Assembly (NCBI GenBank): GCA_963807165.1
Contig: CAWDZM010000001.1
Span: forward strand, 289,521 to 353,520
Source of the DNA: an uncultured bacterium
GTDB taxonomy: Bacteria; Patescibacteriota; Minisyncoccia; UBA6257; 2-01-FULL-56-20
Direction: 5' to 3'
DNA length: 64,000 nt
Below are positions 19,286 to 28,702 of this stretch, piece after piece (the stretch's first letter is position 1; each line of letters begins with the position of its first letter). A model generated the notes under the pieces. The model was not told where the DNA came from and ran no database searches. It saw only the letters and a program-made list of their open reading frames with translations. A program made the position numbers and the translations under genes.

Positions 19286-19756
19286 TTATTTTCTTCCGAC
19301 GACTTTTTTATTTTTCCTTTCACTCTTTAAAAACGCTTTTGTCCCTTCCAGCCATCCACTCTTGAAGTATTTTTCCGGCTTGAATGTTTTTATCGAAACC
19401 CATTCGTACTTTGTGTGATGCGACGCGAGAGCGACTCTTCCGCCCAGAAACTCTCCGTGATATCCAATGGCAAATATTCTCGCCTTCGTCGGTCCATGAG
19501 GCATCACTTCGTCTCTTTCGTGCCTCATGAACACGAACGGCTCGCCTATCTTATACTTTATCGCACCTCCAAGCTCTTCTTTTAATTTCCTTTTAATGAC
19601 CAATCCAAGTGACTTCTTAAATTCTTCATATCGTATTCGTCCGCCCGGCAAATCCCAATTTCCAAACCCATCTTTAAATATCAAAAGTTTGTCATCCTTC
19701 TTAAGGAAAACTTTTACTGCCACGTAATATAGATCTTTTGCTTTTTTCTTCATCAT
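19286..19756 (-). CDS. NUDIX hydrolase
   Basis: WDLPGGRI...KRKLKEELG Nudix box. Confidence 0.8.
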   Translation of the reverse strand: MMKKKAKDLYYVAVKVFLKKDDKLLIFKDGFGNWDLPGGRIRYEEFKKSLGLVIKRKLKEELGGAIKYKIGEPFVFMRHERDEVMPHGPTKARIFAIGYHGEFLGGRVALASHHTKYEWVSIKTFKPEKYFKSGWLEGTKAFLKSERKNKKVVGRK

Positions 19757-20271
19757 TGTATGGTTTTTTCTTTTTCGCCCTTACTGACTATTACTCTCGC
19801 CGGACGCAATACTTTCTCGTAGAGCCGATATCCCGGCTCTGCAACCTCCACTATTGATCCTGCGGGATACTCCGACTCAACTTCCACCATTGCCTCGGCG
19901 ATCATAGGATCAAAACCATCGCCCGGTTTTATATCTATTTTGATCAATCCTCGTTTCTTTAAAATATCCTCTATTTGTGAACGGATGATGATGATACCGT
20001 TATCGATCACGCTCTCGTTATTATTTTTTGTCATCCGAAGCGCAAGATCATAGCCGTCCAAAATAAGTATTAAGTCTTTAATAAGATCCTTGCTCCCGTA
20101 TTGCGTGATCTCTTGTAGGCGCACCGCTTCTTCTTTCTTATAATTCACAAAATCCGCCTTTGCGCGTTGCCATCCGGCAAGATATTCGTCGCGTTGGACG
20201 GTCATCTCTTCTATCTGCTCCTTAAGATCATCGATCGTCGGCTCCGGCAATTTGTTTTCTTCGTCAGCCAT
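19753..20271 (-). CDS. grpE: Nucleotide exchange factor GrpE
   Basis: RAKADFVNYKK, FDPMIAEA, GY.L..KVLRPARV. Confidence 0.93.
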   Translation of the reverse strand: MADEENKLPEPTIDDLKEQIEEMTVQRDEYLAGWQRAKADFVNYKKEEAVRLQEITQYGSKDLIKDLILILDGYDLALRMTKNNNESVIDNGIIIIRSQIEDILKKRGLIKIDIKPGDGFDPMIAEAMVEVESEYPAGSIVEVAEPGYRLYEKVLRPARVIVSKGEKEKTIQ

Positions 20272-20285
20272 AATGTTGTAAATGA

Positions 20286-20960
20286 TTAAAGATTTTTAAA
20301 AATTCGTATGACCTTTTTGTAATCCATCCGCTTGGGACCGATGGCAAAGATGGAGATCGTCGCGTCGCCTATCTGATAGTTACCGCCCACCACGGAGAGA
20401 TTGTCACTCGACGTGACCGGACTTTTCTTTCCGATGAATATTTGCGGACCGATGCCCATCTTTTCCGCCGCGCGCGGCAGGCGGTCGTCCACTTCCTCAA
20501 AATCGTGGATGACGGAACGGATGCCGTTCTGATCTTCCCAATCCAGATGGTCAATAAGATGCTGAAGCCCTGCTTTATACACCGACTCGCGCGCGAGGTC
20601 CGCGGCGACGGAGAGCAGTCCCAGCTGTGCCGAGAGCTCGTTCAAAAGATCCGGCCACGCCTGTTCTTTTAAAAGAAGATGGAGATCGTTCTGTCTCGTT
20701 GCCGCCGTGGTCGGCGCGCTCATGCCGAGCATCCGCTTGGCAAAAAATTCATAACCGCTGTTTGTCGGCACGCGTCCCGCCGAGTGGTGCGGCTGTTCCA
20801 GATAACCCTGGTCTTCGAGCTCATCAAGCTCAAGCCGGATCATCGCCGGTTTTATGCCAAACTCGTAACGATCGTATAGCAACCCGGAACTCACCGGCTC
20901 GCCGGTGTTGATGTGCTCCTGGATCGCTGCCTCCAAAATTTGTGCCGTTCGGTCAGTCAT
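20286..20960 (-). CDS. hrcA: Heat-inducible repressor HrcA (shortened)
   Basis: TGEPVSS, PAMIR, QPHHSAGRVPT, IGPKRMDY; first gene of the dnaK operon. Confidence 0.9.
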   Translation of the reverse strand: MTDRTAQILEAAIQEHINTGEPVSSGLLYDRYEFGIKPAMIRLELDELEDQGYLEQPHHSAGRVPTNSGYEFFAKRMLGMSAPTTAATRQNDLHLLLKEQAWPDLLNELSAQLGLLSVAADLARESVYKAGLQHLIDHLDWEDQNGIRSVIHDFEEVDDRLPRAAEKMGIGPQIFIGKKSPVTSSDNLSVVGGNYQIGDATISIFAIGPKRMDYKKVIRIFKNL

Positions 20961-20988
20961 TGTATTACGCTATCCATTTTACCCGCCG

Positions 20989-21015
20989 TTAGCAATCGAG
21001 TCAAGAGAGTGCCAG
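20989..21015. promoter_or_regulatory. CIRCE operator overlapping the hrcA promoter
   Basis: TTAGCAATC-N9-GAGTGCCAG versus consensus TTAGCACTC-N9-GAGTGCTAA; minus-strand TTGACT-17-TAAAAT overlaps it. Confidence 0.85.
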
Positions 21016-21088
21016 TGGGCGATCGTGGCGGTAAAAAAAGGCGGTCGAATTGGATATTCGGCCGCGTGTGAGAAAAAACAAACAATCG

Positions 21089-21454
21089 TTAGGTTTCCCA
21101 AATGGGATCCTTGAAAACACTGGGGCTTCTCCACCCATTGCTTCCGTGCTTCCAACCAGCAAGCACAAAAACGGTGTCAGGAACGCATTCGGGGGTGTCC
21201 GGAAATAATATTCGGGAAACCTCCCTCTCGATCCGGTCGTCGTCCGCCTTTCCGTCGAGACGAAGCAAGAGCTGGCGCAATTCCTTGCCTGCCACAACAC
21301 CCTCGGCACAATATTCATTCCGAAAGTGACATGGGTTGTTAATATCGTGGTAGCCAGCGATGAGACCCGAAAGATGATCCGGATCTGCCTTTTTAGATCT
21401 AAGTTGCTCGAGCGCGATTGCCAGCAACTTACTTTCCGTCATAAAACCTGTCAT
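21089..21454 (-). CDS. Orphan hypothetical protein
   Basis: 121 aa ORF with AAAGG upstream and a hairpin downstream. Confidence 0.5.
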   Translation of the reverse strand: MTGFMTESKLLAIALEQLRSKKADPDHLSGLIAGYHDINNPCHFRNEYCAEGVVAGKELRQLLLRLDGKADDDRIEREVSRILFPDTPECVPDTVFVLAGWKHGSNGWRSPSVFKDPIWET

Positions 21455-21567
21455 TGAAAAACCTTTCTTGTTGGAGTAAACCGCTAAAAAGATTATACCA
21501 CAAACAAGATAAAAAGGAAGTCCGAAATCCTGGCGCGCGCAATATAGTGGTATGGTAAAATATCATT

Positions 21568-22449
21568 ATGGAAACTAAAAAAGGGAAAGGGGTGCAATGG
21601 GTGGACGCCGAGAAGCCGTCGGACAAGGATCTTGCGTGGCTTGGAAAGGAATATAAACTTCATCCCATCATCGTGGACGAGCTGCGCGGGCCTTCGGCGC
21701 GCGGACGCGTGGAGGCGTACAAGGATTATCTTTTTTTCATCTATTACTTCCCCGTCTATGACCACAACGACGAAGCGTCCGCGCGCACAGAGATAGACTT
21801 CATTGTTACGAAGGACAGCGTCGCGACCGTCCATTACGACGCGCTGGGCGATGCGATGAGCGGGATCAATATCACGCAGTGCGATTCGTCGCTCGCGGTG
21901 ATGTATAAGATCATAGAACATCTTATCGCTTTTCAGGAACGGCAACTGCGCCACATCCGCGAAAAAGTGGAGTTGGTCGGCAAGGATATTTTTAAAGATA
22001 AAGAGAAAGAAATTCTGGAGCGCATCACCTACGTTAAACGCGATGTCTCGGAATATCGCATCATCGTCCGCCTGCAGGAACCAATCCTCCGCTCACTCCT
22101 TGCTAAAGGAAAAAAATTCTGGGGAGATAGCGCCGAAGTCTATCTGAGCGACCTCATGGGCGACCAACTAAAAATAGTGAACCAGCTTGAGGATTATCGC
22201 GAGGCGATCTCCGACTTCGAAGACACCAACAACCAGCTGATGAACCTCAAAATCAACAGCGTGATGAAGACGTTCACATCGCTCTCGTTCCTTACCTTCC
22301 CTTTTATGCTCATCGCGGCACTCTTTAGTATGAACACGCGCGGCACGCCGATTATTGGCCTGCCTTACGCGTTCTGGATCATCCTCGGCATCATGATCGT
22401 CGGAATGGTCGCCATGACTATTTACTTTAAACGGAAAGGGTGGTTCTAA
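21568..22449 (+). CDS. corA: CorA-family Mg2+/Co2+ transporter
   Basis: LHPIIVDE, NSVMKTFT, SMN variant of the GMN signature, two C-terminal TMs, KRKGWF. Confidence 0.85.
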   Translation: METKKGKGVQWVDAEKPSDKDLAWLGKEYKLHPIIVDELRGPSARGRVEAYKDYLFFIYYFPVYDHNDEASARTEIDFIVTKDSVATVHYDALGDAMSGINITQCDSSLAVMYKIIEHLIAFQERQLRHIREKVELVGKDIFKDKEKEILERITYVKRDVSEYRIIVRLQEPILRSLLAKGKKFWGDSAEVYLSDLMGDQLKIVNQLEDYREAISDFEDTNNQLMNLKINSVMKTFTSLSFLTFPFMLIAALFSMNTRGTPIIGLPYAFWIILGIMIVGMVAMTIYFKRKGWF

Positions 22450-22467
22450 TCGTGTTGCTTTCAACCC

Positions 22468-23877
22468 ATGATCACGCTCTATAATACGCTCTCAAAAAAG
22501 AAAGAGCCGCTCACTCCTATTCATCCGGACTGGGTCGGTCTCTATACCTGTGGACCGACCGTCTACCACTTTGCGCACATCGGCAATCTTCGCACGTATA
22601 TCTTTGAGGATATTCTTGAACGCACACTGCGGTATGACGGATACACCGTGCGGCGCGTGATGAACATCACGGACGTCGGGCACCTGACCGGTGACACCGA
22701 CGCGGGCGATGACAAATTGCAAAACGCGGCAGAAGCCCAGAAAAAATCCGTGGAAGAGATCGCACAGTTCTATACCGACGCATTCTTTGCCGATCTCGCA
22801 AAATTGAACATTATAAAACCGGATGTCGTAGCCCCTGCAAGTGAATACGTACGAGAGCAGATCGCCATGGTTCAAATATTACTGGAAAAAGGTTTTGCCT
22901 ACGACACGCCGCAGGCAGTCTACTTCGATGTAACTAAATTCCCAAACTACGGCGCACTCTCTGGGCAATCGCTTGAGGAAAAAATGACTGGCGCGCGCGA
23001 GGAGGTCGTCGTGGACGACGACAAGCGCAATCCCGCTGACTTCGCGCTCTGGTTCAAGTTGGAAGGAAAGTTCAAAACGCACCTCCTCCACTGGGCCGCA
23101 CCGTGGGGCGAAGGATTTCCGGGATGGCACATTGAGTGCTCCGCGATCGCGCGGCACTTTCTCGGACAGCCGTTCGATATCCATGCTGGCGCTATCGATC
23201 TTGTCGGCACGCACCACACGAATGAGATCGCACAATCGGAGGGCGCGTATGATGTTCCCCTCGCCCACGTCTGGATGCACGGCGAACATCTTTTGATCGA
23301 CGGCGGCAAGATGGCAAAATCGGAGGGAAACTTTCTTACACTCACGGAACTCGCCACGAAAGGATACGATCCACTCGTCTATCGCTATCTCGTGCTCGGC
23401 GCACACTACCGTACGCGGCTGAACTTCACATGGGAAAGCTTGGATGCGGCGAAAAGCGCAATACAACATCTCTATGAAAATATTTATGTGCTCTCCCAAA
23501 GTCCAACGGATGGCGGAACGTCTCCTGAACAGTTTGAGAAGGATTTTTTAGAGGCCATCAATGATGACCTCAATACCCCTCGCGCGCTTGCGATACTCCA
23601 CGAAGTTATCGCGGCCGAAGGAAGCAGCCTATCGAACAAGAGTAAATTGGCTCTTATAAGACACTTCGACGAGGTGCTCGGCCTGGATCTTAAAGCCGCC
23701 ACGGTGATGACCACTATCGACCCTACTATCATAAAAAAAATCGAGGAATATAAGGAGTTTCGGAGTAATAAACAGTTTATCCAGTCCGACGCTTTGAGAA
23801 AAGAAATAGAAGGATTAGGATACAGTGTAAGAGATACCGCAGAAGGCGTCTCTGTCGTCAGAAAATTTTTCCCATAA
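22468..23877 (+). CDS. cysS: Cysteine--tRNA ligase
   Basis: YTCGPTVY, HIGN, GFPGWHIECS, KMAKS. Confidence 0.96.
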   Translation: MITLYNTLSKKKEPLTPIHPDWVGLYTCGPTVYHFAHIGNLRTYIFEDILERTLRYDGYTVRRVMNITDVGHLTGDTDAGDDKLQNAAEAQKKSVEEIAQFYTDAFFADLAKLNIIKPDVVAPASEYVREQIAMVQILLEKGFAYDTPQAVYFDVTKFPNYGALSGQSLEEKMTGAREEVVVDDDKRNPADFALWFKLEGKFKTHLLHWAAPWGEGFPGWHIECSAIARHFLGQPFDIHAGAIDLVGTHHTNEIAQSEGAYDVPLAHVWMHGEHLLIDGGKMAKSEGNFLTLTELATKGYDPLVYRYLVLGAHYRTRLNFTWESLDAAKSAIQHLYENIYVLSQSPTDGGTSPEQFEKDFLEAINDDLNTPRALAILHEVIAAEGSSLSNKSKLALIRHFDEVLGLDLKAATVMTTIDPTIIKKIEEYKEFRSNKQFIQSDALRKEIEGLGYSVRDTAEGVSVVRKFFP

Positions 23878-23889
23878 ACCCATTAACCC

Positions 23890-25254
23890 ATGGCGATCAG
23901 CAAAAAATCACAACTCAAGCTTCCACCCCAGAACCTTGAGGCGGAACAGGCAGTACTTGGCTCCATCCTTATCGACAAGAATGCGATCTTCCGCGTGGCG
24001 GATATTTTGTTGCCTGAAGATTTTTACACACCGTCGCACGAGCGGATCTATAAAGCCATCCTCTCGTTGTACGAAAAACATCAGCCGATTGATGTGCTCA
24101 GCCTGACGAACTTCCTTAAAGAACACGAATGGCTGAAGGATGTCGGCGGCTCGGCATATCTTGCGGACCTTACGAATCACGTGTCGAGTGCATCGCACGT
24201 GCAGCACTATGCCACGAACGTAAAGGAGAAGAAGATCTTGCGCGACCTGATCCGCGCGTCGGCGGAGATCGCAGAAAATGTTTTTTCGAATGGCGGCGAA
24301 GTGGAAGATCTGCTCGACGACGTCGAACAGAAGATCCTTTCGATCTCACAAAAATCCTTGCCGCAAAACTTTACGTCGCTTAAAGATGATCTGACAACCG
24401 CGTACGAGCGCATCGCAAACCTCCATGCCGGTGGCGGAAAGTTGCGCGGCGTGCCAACCGGCTTCCCCGCGCTCGACGAATGCCTCTCCGGACTCCATAA
24501 ATCAGAGCTCGTGATCCTCGGCGCACGGCCGTCCGTTGGAAAAACGTCGTTCGCACTCGACATCGCGCGCAATGCCGGCAAGGCAGGATTCAGCGTCGGA
24601 TTATTCTCGCTCGAAATGTCGCGCGAATCGTTGCAAGACCGCATCATCTCCGCCGAGTCGCAGGTGCCGCTCTGGAACATCCTCACCGGCCGCATTCGCA
24701 ACGACAGCGAGTTCTCTATGATCCAGGAAGCGCTCGATCGCCTTTCCGCGGTAAAGATTTATATCGACGACTCGCCGTCGCTCAACGTGCTCCAGATGCG
24801 CTCCATGGCGCGACGCTTGCAAGTTGAACACGGCCTCGACCTACTCGTCGTGGACTACCTCCAGCTCATTCGCCCGCGCACGAACAGTGACAATATGGTG
24901 AATATGATTACCGAGATTTCGCGCGGACTCAAATCGCTCGCGCGCGAACTTAAAGTGCCGGTGCTCGCGCTCTCACAGCTTTCGCGCGGACTTGAACAGC
25001 GCGATCACAAAATCCCCCGCCTCTCCGACCTCCGCGACTCCGGCTCCATCGAGCAGGACGCAGACGTCGTCATGTTCCTCTACCGTGATGAGCGCAACCC
25101 GAACGATACCGCCTCCGCGGGCGACAACACCGTCCACCTCCGCGTCGCCAAGCACCGCAACGGCGCACTCAAAGACATGGACTTCTTCTTCAACGGCGAA
25201 CTCGCGAGCTTCAAGGCGATAGAGAAGAGATACGAAGAACTGCCGGCGTTATGA
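23890..25254 (+). CDS. dnaB: Replicative helicase DnaB
   Basis: PPQNLEAEQAVLG, GARPSVGKT, DYLQL, LSQLSR, DLRDSGSIEQDAD. Confidence 0.96.
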   Translation: MAISKKSQLKLPPQNLEAEQAVLGSILIDKNAIFRVADILLPEDFYTPSHERIYKAILSLYEKHQPIDVLSLTNFLKEHEWLKDVGGSAYLADLTNHVSSASHVQHYATNVKEKKILRDLIRASAEIAENVFSNGGEVEDLLDDVEQKILSISQKSLPQNFTSLKDDLTTAYERIANLHAGGGKLRGVPTGFPALDECLSGLHKSELVILGARPSVGKTSFALDIARNAGKAGFSVGLFSLEMSRESLQDRIISAESQVPLWNILTGRIRNDSEFSMIQEALDRLSAVKIYIDDSPSLNVLQMRSMARRLQVEHGLDLLVVDYLQLIRPRTNSDNMVNMITEISRGLKSLARELKVPVLALSQLSRGLEQRDHKIPRLSDLRDSGSIEQDADVVMFLYRDERNPNDTASAGDNTVHLRVAKHRNGALKDMDFFFNGELASFKAIEKRYEELPAL

Positions 25255-25370
25255 GGCGCACGAATATGTCCTTCGGGGACGGGTCGCGTTCTGCTGAACG
25301 CGCCCTAACGCTCGCCGCCTACGCGGCTCCGCGATTCCCCTCAGGACATATTCGTGCGCCTCATAACGCC
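25245..25370. repeat. Fold-back element copy D (dnaB 3' end)
   Basis: Perfect 28-bp inverted arms 25245-25272/25343-25370 including the dnaB stop, around the conserved core. Confidence 0.9.
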
Positions 25371-25399
25371 ATCGCTTTTTGTAATATTCCTCCATCGCG

Positions 25400-26041
25400 A
25401 TGAAATACGAGATTAGTATTCGGATCAATTTTCCGGAAGAGATCACGGGAGTACTTCGCGAAGAAAAGCAGCGCTTCATTAGCCAATATGGCAGTAGTTA
25501 TAAGTCGGAGCCGCACATCACTTTATATCTCGACAGCTACACTGCTGATGGGTATCCAAAATTATTGGAGGGTCTTCGAAATCTCCATATAAAACCATTT
25601 ACGATTTCTCTTCTCGAGCCACAGATGAGAATTGAAAACGATCGCCATCGCAATCTTTACATAATGGAAATTTCCAATGAAGATGCTCTGCGCGAATTGC
25701 AACATAAGATATCAATACTTGCCATTCCATATCGAAGTCCGTTTATTAGAGAAAAAACTCAAAAGGAACTGAAGCGGCTGGGCATTGATTCTGATGGCGT
25801 ACGTAAAAATCTAGAAAAGCTTCACGTCCCCGAAGATGCATTTGACCCCCATATCACGCTCGGTGAGATCGATTTTGATAAGCCACAGGCTGATATTACT
25901 GAATCGCGCGCAAATCTCAAATCAATGGAAGGTCGGGAAATAATCGTTTCAGACGTCACTGTTTTTTGGTATGGGAAAGAAGACGGCGACGAAAAAGCGC
26001 ATTTGATCGGAGAGGTCGCAATCCCCTTCAATCAAAACTAA
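25400..26041 (+). CDS. 2H phosphoesterase (2'-5' RNA ligase family)
   Basis: Two PHITL motifs. Confidence 0.85.
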   Translation: MKYEISIRINFPEEITGVLREEKQRFISQYGSSYKSEPHITLYLDSYTADGYPKLLEGLRNLHIKPFTISLLEPQMRIENDRHRNLYIMEISNEDALRELQHKISILAIPYRSPFIREKTQKELKRLGIDSDGVRKNLEKLHVPEDAFDPHITLGEIDFDKPQADITESRANLKSMEGREIIVSDVTVFWYGKEDGDEKAHLIGEVAIPFNQN

Positions 26042-26070
26042 AATCGCGGTATCATAAGAGTAATCATTCC

Positions 26071-26601
26071 ATGAAAACAATTTTTATCTACGGAGCACCC
26101 GCCGCAGGAAAACTGACGGTTGCCAATGAACTCGCAAAGCTTACCGGGTTTAGCGTGCTGCATAATCATCTTATCAACGATCTCATACAATCCGTCGAAG
26201 AGATTGGAACCCCTGAATTTTGGGCTATCGCCCGAGAATATCGTTTGGACCTTATGGAACGCGCGGCAAAAGCCAAGCGCAAAGGAATTATCCTTACCTG
26301 GATTTATGGAAAGCCAAACGATGATGCCGCGTTAAAAAAGATTGTTTTGCAAGCGAAGAAACATAATGGAAAAATTCTATTCGTGCATCTTGTCCCCGAA
26401 CGCGAGGAACTTTTTAAACGCATAAAAGGCCCATCAAGGAAAGCGTTCAGAAAGGTTAAGACTGCGAAAATGCTGCGCGTTATCATGGGGCGACGCGATA
26501 TCTTTTCCGACGTTCCTTATAAGCCTAATTTCGTTATCGACAATACCAAAGTTTCGCCTCGTAAAACAGCAAAGCTCATTCAGGAACATTATCGATTGTA
26601 A
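26071..26601 (+). CDS. P-loop kinase (shikimate kinase/AAA_33-like)
   Basis: IYGAPAAGKLT Walker A. Confidence 0.8.
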   Translation: MKTIFIYGAPAAGKLTVANELAKLTGFSVLHNHLINDLIQSVEEIGTPEFWAIAREYRLDLMERAAKAKRKGIILTWIYGKPNDDAALKKIVLQAKKHNGKILFVHLVPEREELFKRIKGPSRKAFRKVKTAKMLRVIMGRRDIFSDVPYKPNFVIDNTKVSPRKTAKLIQEHYRL

Positions 26602-26606
26602 AAATC

Positions 26607-27032
26607 TTATTGCCCCTCTTTCTGATCTTTCTTTAGATCTCTTCCTAGCGCGGCAATTTTATCTTCAACAGCATAGCCCATCCCCTTATTGTCGGTTATG
26701 AGATCCTGCATCTCTTGTGCCGTGCCATATAATTTCTCCAGAGCATCACTAAGACTTCTAATGAGATCTAAATCGGCTTCCTCAAAAGGCTTTGCGACCT
26801 CTGCATTCACAAGATTTTCTTTTTCTTCTATAGAGCTATAGATCTCTTCTAAGAACACAGCAGCGCTCTCACTCACTCGATCGATTTCTTGTCGTAATTG
26901 CTCTAATTCTCTCTTTGCAGATTCTTTCGTATGCGTGAACGCCTTTTCTCTTTCAGCCAATTCTTTTTTCCAACGCTCAAACATTGTCTTTCGATCCTCC
27001 GAATTCTCGTTTGAAGACTTTAGTTGTTCCAT
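26607..27032 (-). CDS. Acidic coiled-coil hypothetical protein
   Basis: 141 aa, TATAGT 6 nt before the ATG. Confidence 0.6.
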   Translation of the reverse strand: MEQLKSSNENSEDRKTMFERWKKELAEREKAFTHTKESAKRELEQLRQEIDRVSESAAVFLEEIYSSIEEKENLVNAEVAKPFEEADLDLIRSLSDALEKLYGTAQEMQDLITDNKGMGYAVEDKIAALGRDLKKDQKEGQ

Positions 27033-27122
27033 GTGTCTACTATATCACATGGAATAATTTGCTTGAATAGCGCCTCAAACCACTACTGGTTCATCAAGCC
27101 ACGGACGGGTATAATAGTGGAT

Positions 27123-27730
27123 ATGATGAAACTTCCCGACCCGGTGCAGAAGGTGGTGGATGAGCTTGCGGAACTCCCCTCCATCGGGCCGCGACAGGCG
27201 GTGCGCCTTGCGTTCTATCTGATCGGACGGCCAAAGGAGGACCTGCGCGTGCTTGCACAAAGCATTGACGCGCTCCGCTCGATCAAGATCTGCGAGCGAT
27301 GTTTCTTTATTCATCAGAACGCAGGGCACGCTGTGCGACGTCTGCGCGAACCCCGCGCGGAACCAGCGCATCATCATGGTGGTGGAAAAAGAGACCGACT
27401 ATCTTTCGCTTGAGAACACCAAAAAGTTCACGGGGCGATATTTTATCATCGGCCCGGTGCCGAAGACGGGATTCCTTGAAGCATGGCAAAAGACGCGCCT
27501 GCAAAGTTTGAAGGCATACATCACGACCTCGCTCGGCGGCGCGGCGGATGAGATCATCCTCGGGTTCAGCCCCACCACGCTAGGCGATTTCCAGGCATGG
27601 CTTATTATTGAAAGAGCTCGCGCCGCTCACCAAGCGGATCAGCCGCCTCGGGCGCGGACTGCCCACCGGCGGCGAGATCGAGTTCGCGGACGACGAAACG
27701 CTCGGCTCGGCCCTTGACCGACGGAATTAA
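27123..27730 (+). CDS. recR: Recombination protein RecR, split by two apparent 1-nt insertions (~27322 and ~27598)
   Basis: LPSIGPRQAVRLAFYL..CERCF | LCDVCANPAR..IMVVE | RISRLGRGLPTGGEIEFADDETLGSAL in three frames. Confidence 0.9.
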
Positions 27731-27835
27731 TTTGTAGTAGGATAATTCCAGTCCTCCGGTGCGCGCTCTAGGGGTCTTTCTGGGGGAGGAAGACCGCATG
27801 AGCCGCCGGAGACCGGGCGAGCAGACCTGCCCAAC

Positions 27836-27870
27836 AAAGGCCGGCGTGTCACCTCGACGCGCCGGCCTTT
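27836..27870. terminator. Hairpin terminator
   Basis: aaaggccggcgtgtc-acctc-gacgcgccggccttt. Confidence 0.65.
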
Positions 27871-27903
27871 CCTATTTTCAGGATTCACGATCTCCCCTTC
27901 TTT

Positions 27904-28548
27904 TTATTTCTTCTTCCACTCCACGATCTTCCCCGCTTCGATCTCACTCTTATCCGCACGACGCAACGTTCTCTCGTCGCCCTTTTTTAAAATGTGAAAA
28001 TGCTTTGAGAAGTCGAGGGCCTCGGCGATAGCAGCAAGATCACCGCGCGCCGTGATCCATTCATCGCCATGTTTTGCACCGTAGCTCAAAAGATCGAACG
28101 GCGCGGAATAACTGCGCATCGTCTTTACGCCACTGTCCAAAAAATATTCATTAAAGTACGACATCGCGAGCTCGCGCGGATCACGATAGATCGCGTCGCG
28201 GTAGCGTAACACGGCGTGGTTCGTCTTGCTCACCGCGCCCCAGCGATTCCCCTCTTTGAAGAGCGCAACGACATGATCGGCGTCGGCGTCAGTGGTTTTG
28301 AGGTCGAACAAGAATGGATGATATCCGGCGTGCCACAGCGCGGCGGCGGCAAGGAGGGCCCCTTCCATACAATGCGCCTTTCCCGTCCGCAAGACCATAA
28401 GCGGCGACGCATACGTATGCCGCCGCCCGGGGAAATTGATCTCCAGGCTATTCAAAAAATCCTGAATCGTACCCGGCGTTCGCAATTTTTTAAATATCGA
28501 AAACTCATCGGGGAATTCTTTGAGCATCGATTTCGGAAACTGCCTCAT
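27904..28548 (-). CDS. Conserved protein with a transglutaminase/papain-like Cys-His motif
   Basis: AHCMEGALLAAA...DHVVALF...WGAVSKTN. Confidence 0.7.
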   Translation of the reverse strand: MRQFPKSMLKEFPDEFSIFKKLRTPGTIQDFLNSLEINFPGRRHTYASPLMVLRTGKAHCMEGALLAAAALWHAGYHPFLFDLKTTDADADHVVALFKEGNRWGAVSKTNHAVLRYRDAIYRDPRELAMSYFNEYFLDSGVKTMRSYSAPFDLLSYGAKHGDEWITARGDLAAIAEALDFSKHFHILKKGDERTLRRADKSEIEAGKIVEWKKK

Positions 28549-28566
28549 TATCTAAATTGTACCACT

Positions 28567-28702
28567 CGCCACGGATAACATAGCAGGCACACATACTTTT
28601 GAGAACATCTCGGAAGCGCGTAGGCGCTGAGAGTAAGCGCGCGACCAGCAGGTCGCGACGCGGTTCTCAAACGTATGTGTGCCTGCTATGTTATCCGTGG
28701 CG
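28567..28702. repeat. Fold-back element copy A (ychF 3' end)
   Basis: Perfect 30-bp inverted arms 28567-28596/28673-28702 including the last ychF codons and stop, around the conserved core. Confidence 0.9.
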
